Below, in pieces: positions 55,516 through 55,740 of a stretch of 55,740 nucleotides of DNA (position 1 is the first letter of the stretch; every line of letters begins with the position of its first letter). The notes beneath the pieces are model-generated. The model did not search any database, was not told where the DNA came from, and saw only the letters and a program-made list of their open reading frames with translations. Source of the stretch: Candidatus Micrarchaeota archaeon (GTDB lineage: Archaea; Micrarchaeota; Micrarchaeia; Micrarchaeales; CABMGC01). The stretch covers positions 1-55,740 of the forward strand of contig JAGDYB010000012.1 in NCBI GenBank assembly GCA_023270055.1. The letters run 5' to 3'. Made by a program: the position numbers and the translations under genes.

Positions 55516-55740
55516 ATGCGCAGGGGAATTGTCAAGCGTCTGGCACATATGAAAATGCAGAGCGCGATGGAGTACCTTATGACATACGGCTGGGCGATAC
55601 TGATTATCGCTGTGGTGCTCGGCGCGCTGTACCAGCTCGGCATATTCTCTCCTTACACTTTCGCGCCGAAGGCGCCGCCGGGATCGTGCCAGGTATACAG
55701 GCCTAATGGCCCTGGAACCACGCAGTTCGTTAGCCTGCAG
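55516..55740 (+). CDS. Pilin-like surface protein (class III signal peptide), 3'-truncated; not in the ORF track
   Basis: Hand translation: MRRGIVKRLAHMKM|QSAMEYLMTYGWAILIIAVVLGALYQLGIFSP...KAPPGSCQVYRPNGPGTTQ..., open to the window end (55549 is an alternative start). Confidence 0.85.
   Translation, partial: MRRGIVKRLAHMKMQSAMEYLMTYGWAILIIAVVLGALYQLGIFSPYTFAPKAPPGSCQVYRPNGPGTTQFVSLQ

Overview
Gene-dense archaeal chromosome segment, most likely from a DPANN archaeon of the Micrarchaeota type. This is inferred from the 'QSAMEYLMTYGWAIL' pilin N-terminus, the many LamG adhesins, tRNA introns in the T-loop, and archaeal CCA enzyme, fibrillarin, Trm1, archease and RtcB. Layout: (1-9.4 kb) a minus-strand operon of five class III signal-peptide pilin/LamG adhesin genes headed by a CBS+HPF-like protein; (9.5-23 kb) tRNA-Cys, GT-C glycosyltransferase, archease, a box C/D sRNA, an exosortase/archaeosortase, NUDIX-UDG, dUTPase, tRNA-Ile, uppS, DUF763-amrS-amrA-dinB, trxB and a nuclease-like triad; (23.3-25.3 kb) two single-domain KaiC-like ATPases plus a ribosomal P-stalk-like protein; (25.5-35.5 kb) tRNA-Ala, cca, AK6, trm1, tRNA-Leu, rtcB, fibrillarin; (35.6-44 kb) a histidine kinase, a wHTH-REC-degenerate GGDEF regulator, gnd with a G6PDH-like oxidoreductase, and prs; (44-55.7 kb) ThrRS editing domain, beta-CA, asnS, gatCAB-aspS, HTH-grpE-dnaK-dnaJ and the start of another pilin-like gene. 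No CRISPR array, rRNA, transposase or integrase was seen. The best candidates for new biology are the KaiC pair with a tail-less P0-helix/(P1-NTD)2 stalk mimic, nucleotide-identical repeats at LamG module junctions, and a possible new archaeal G6PDH. All protein family calls are by eye from motifs; no database search was run.
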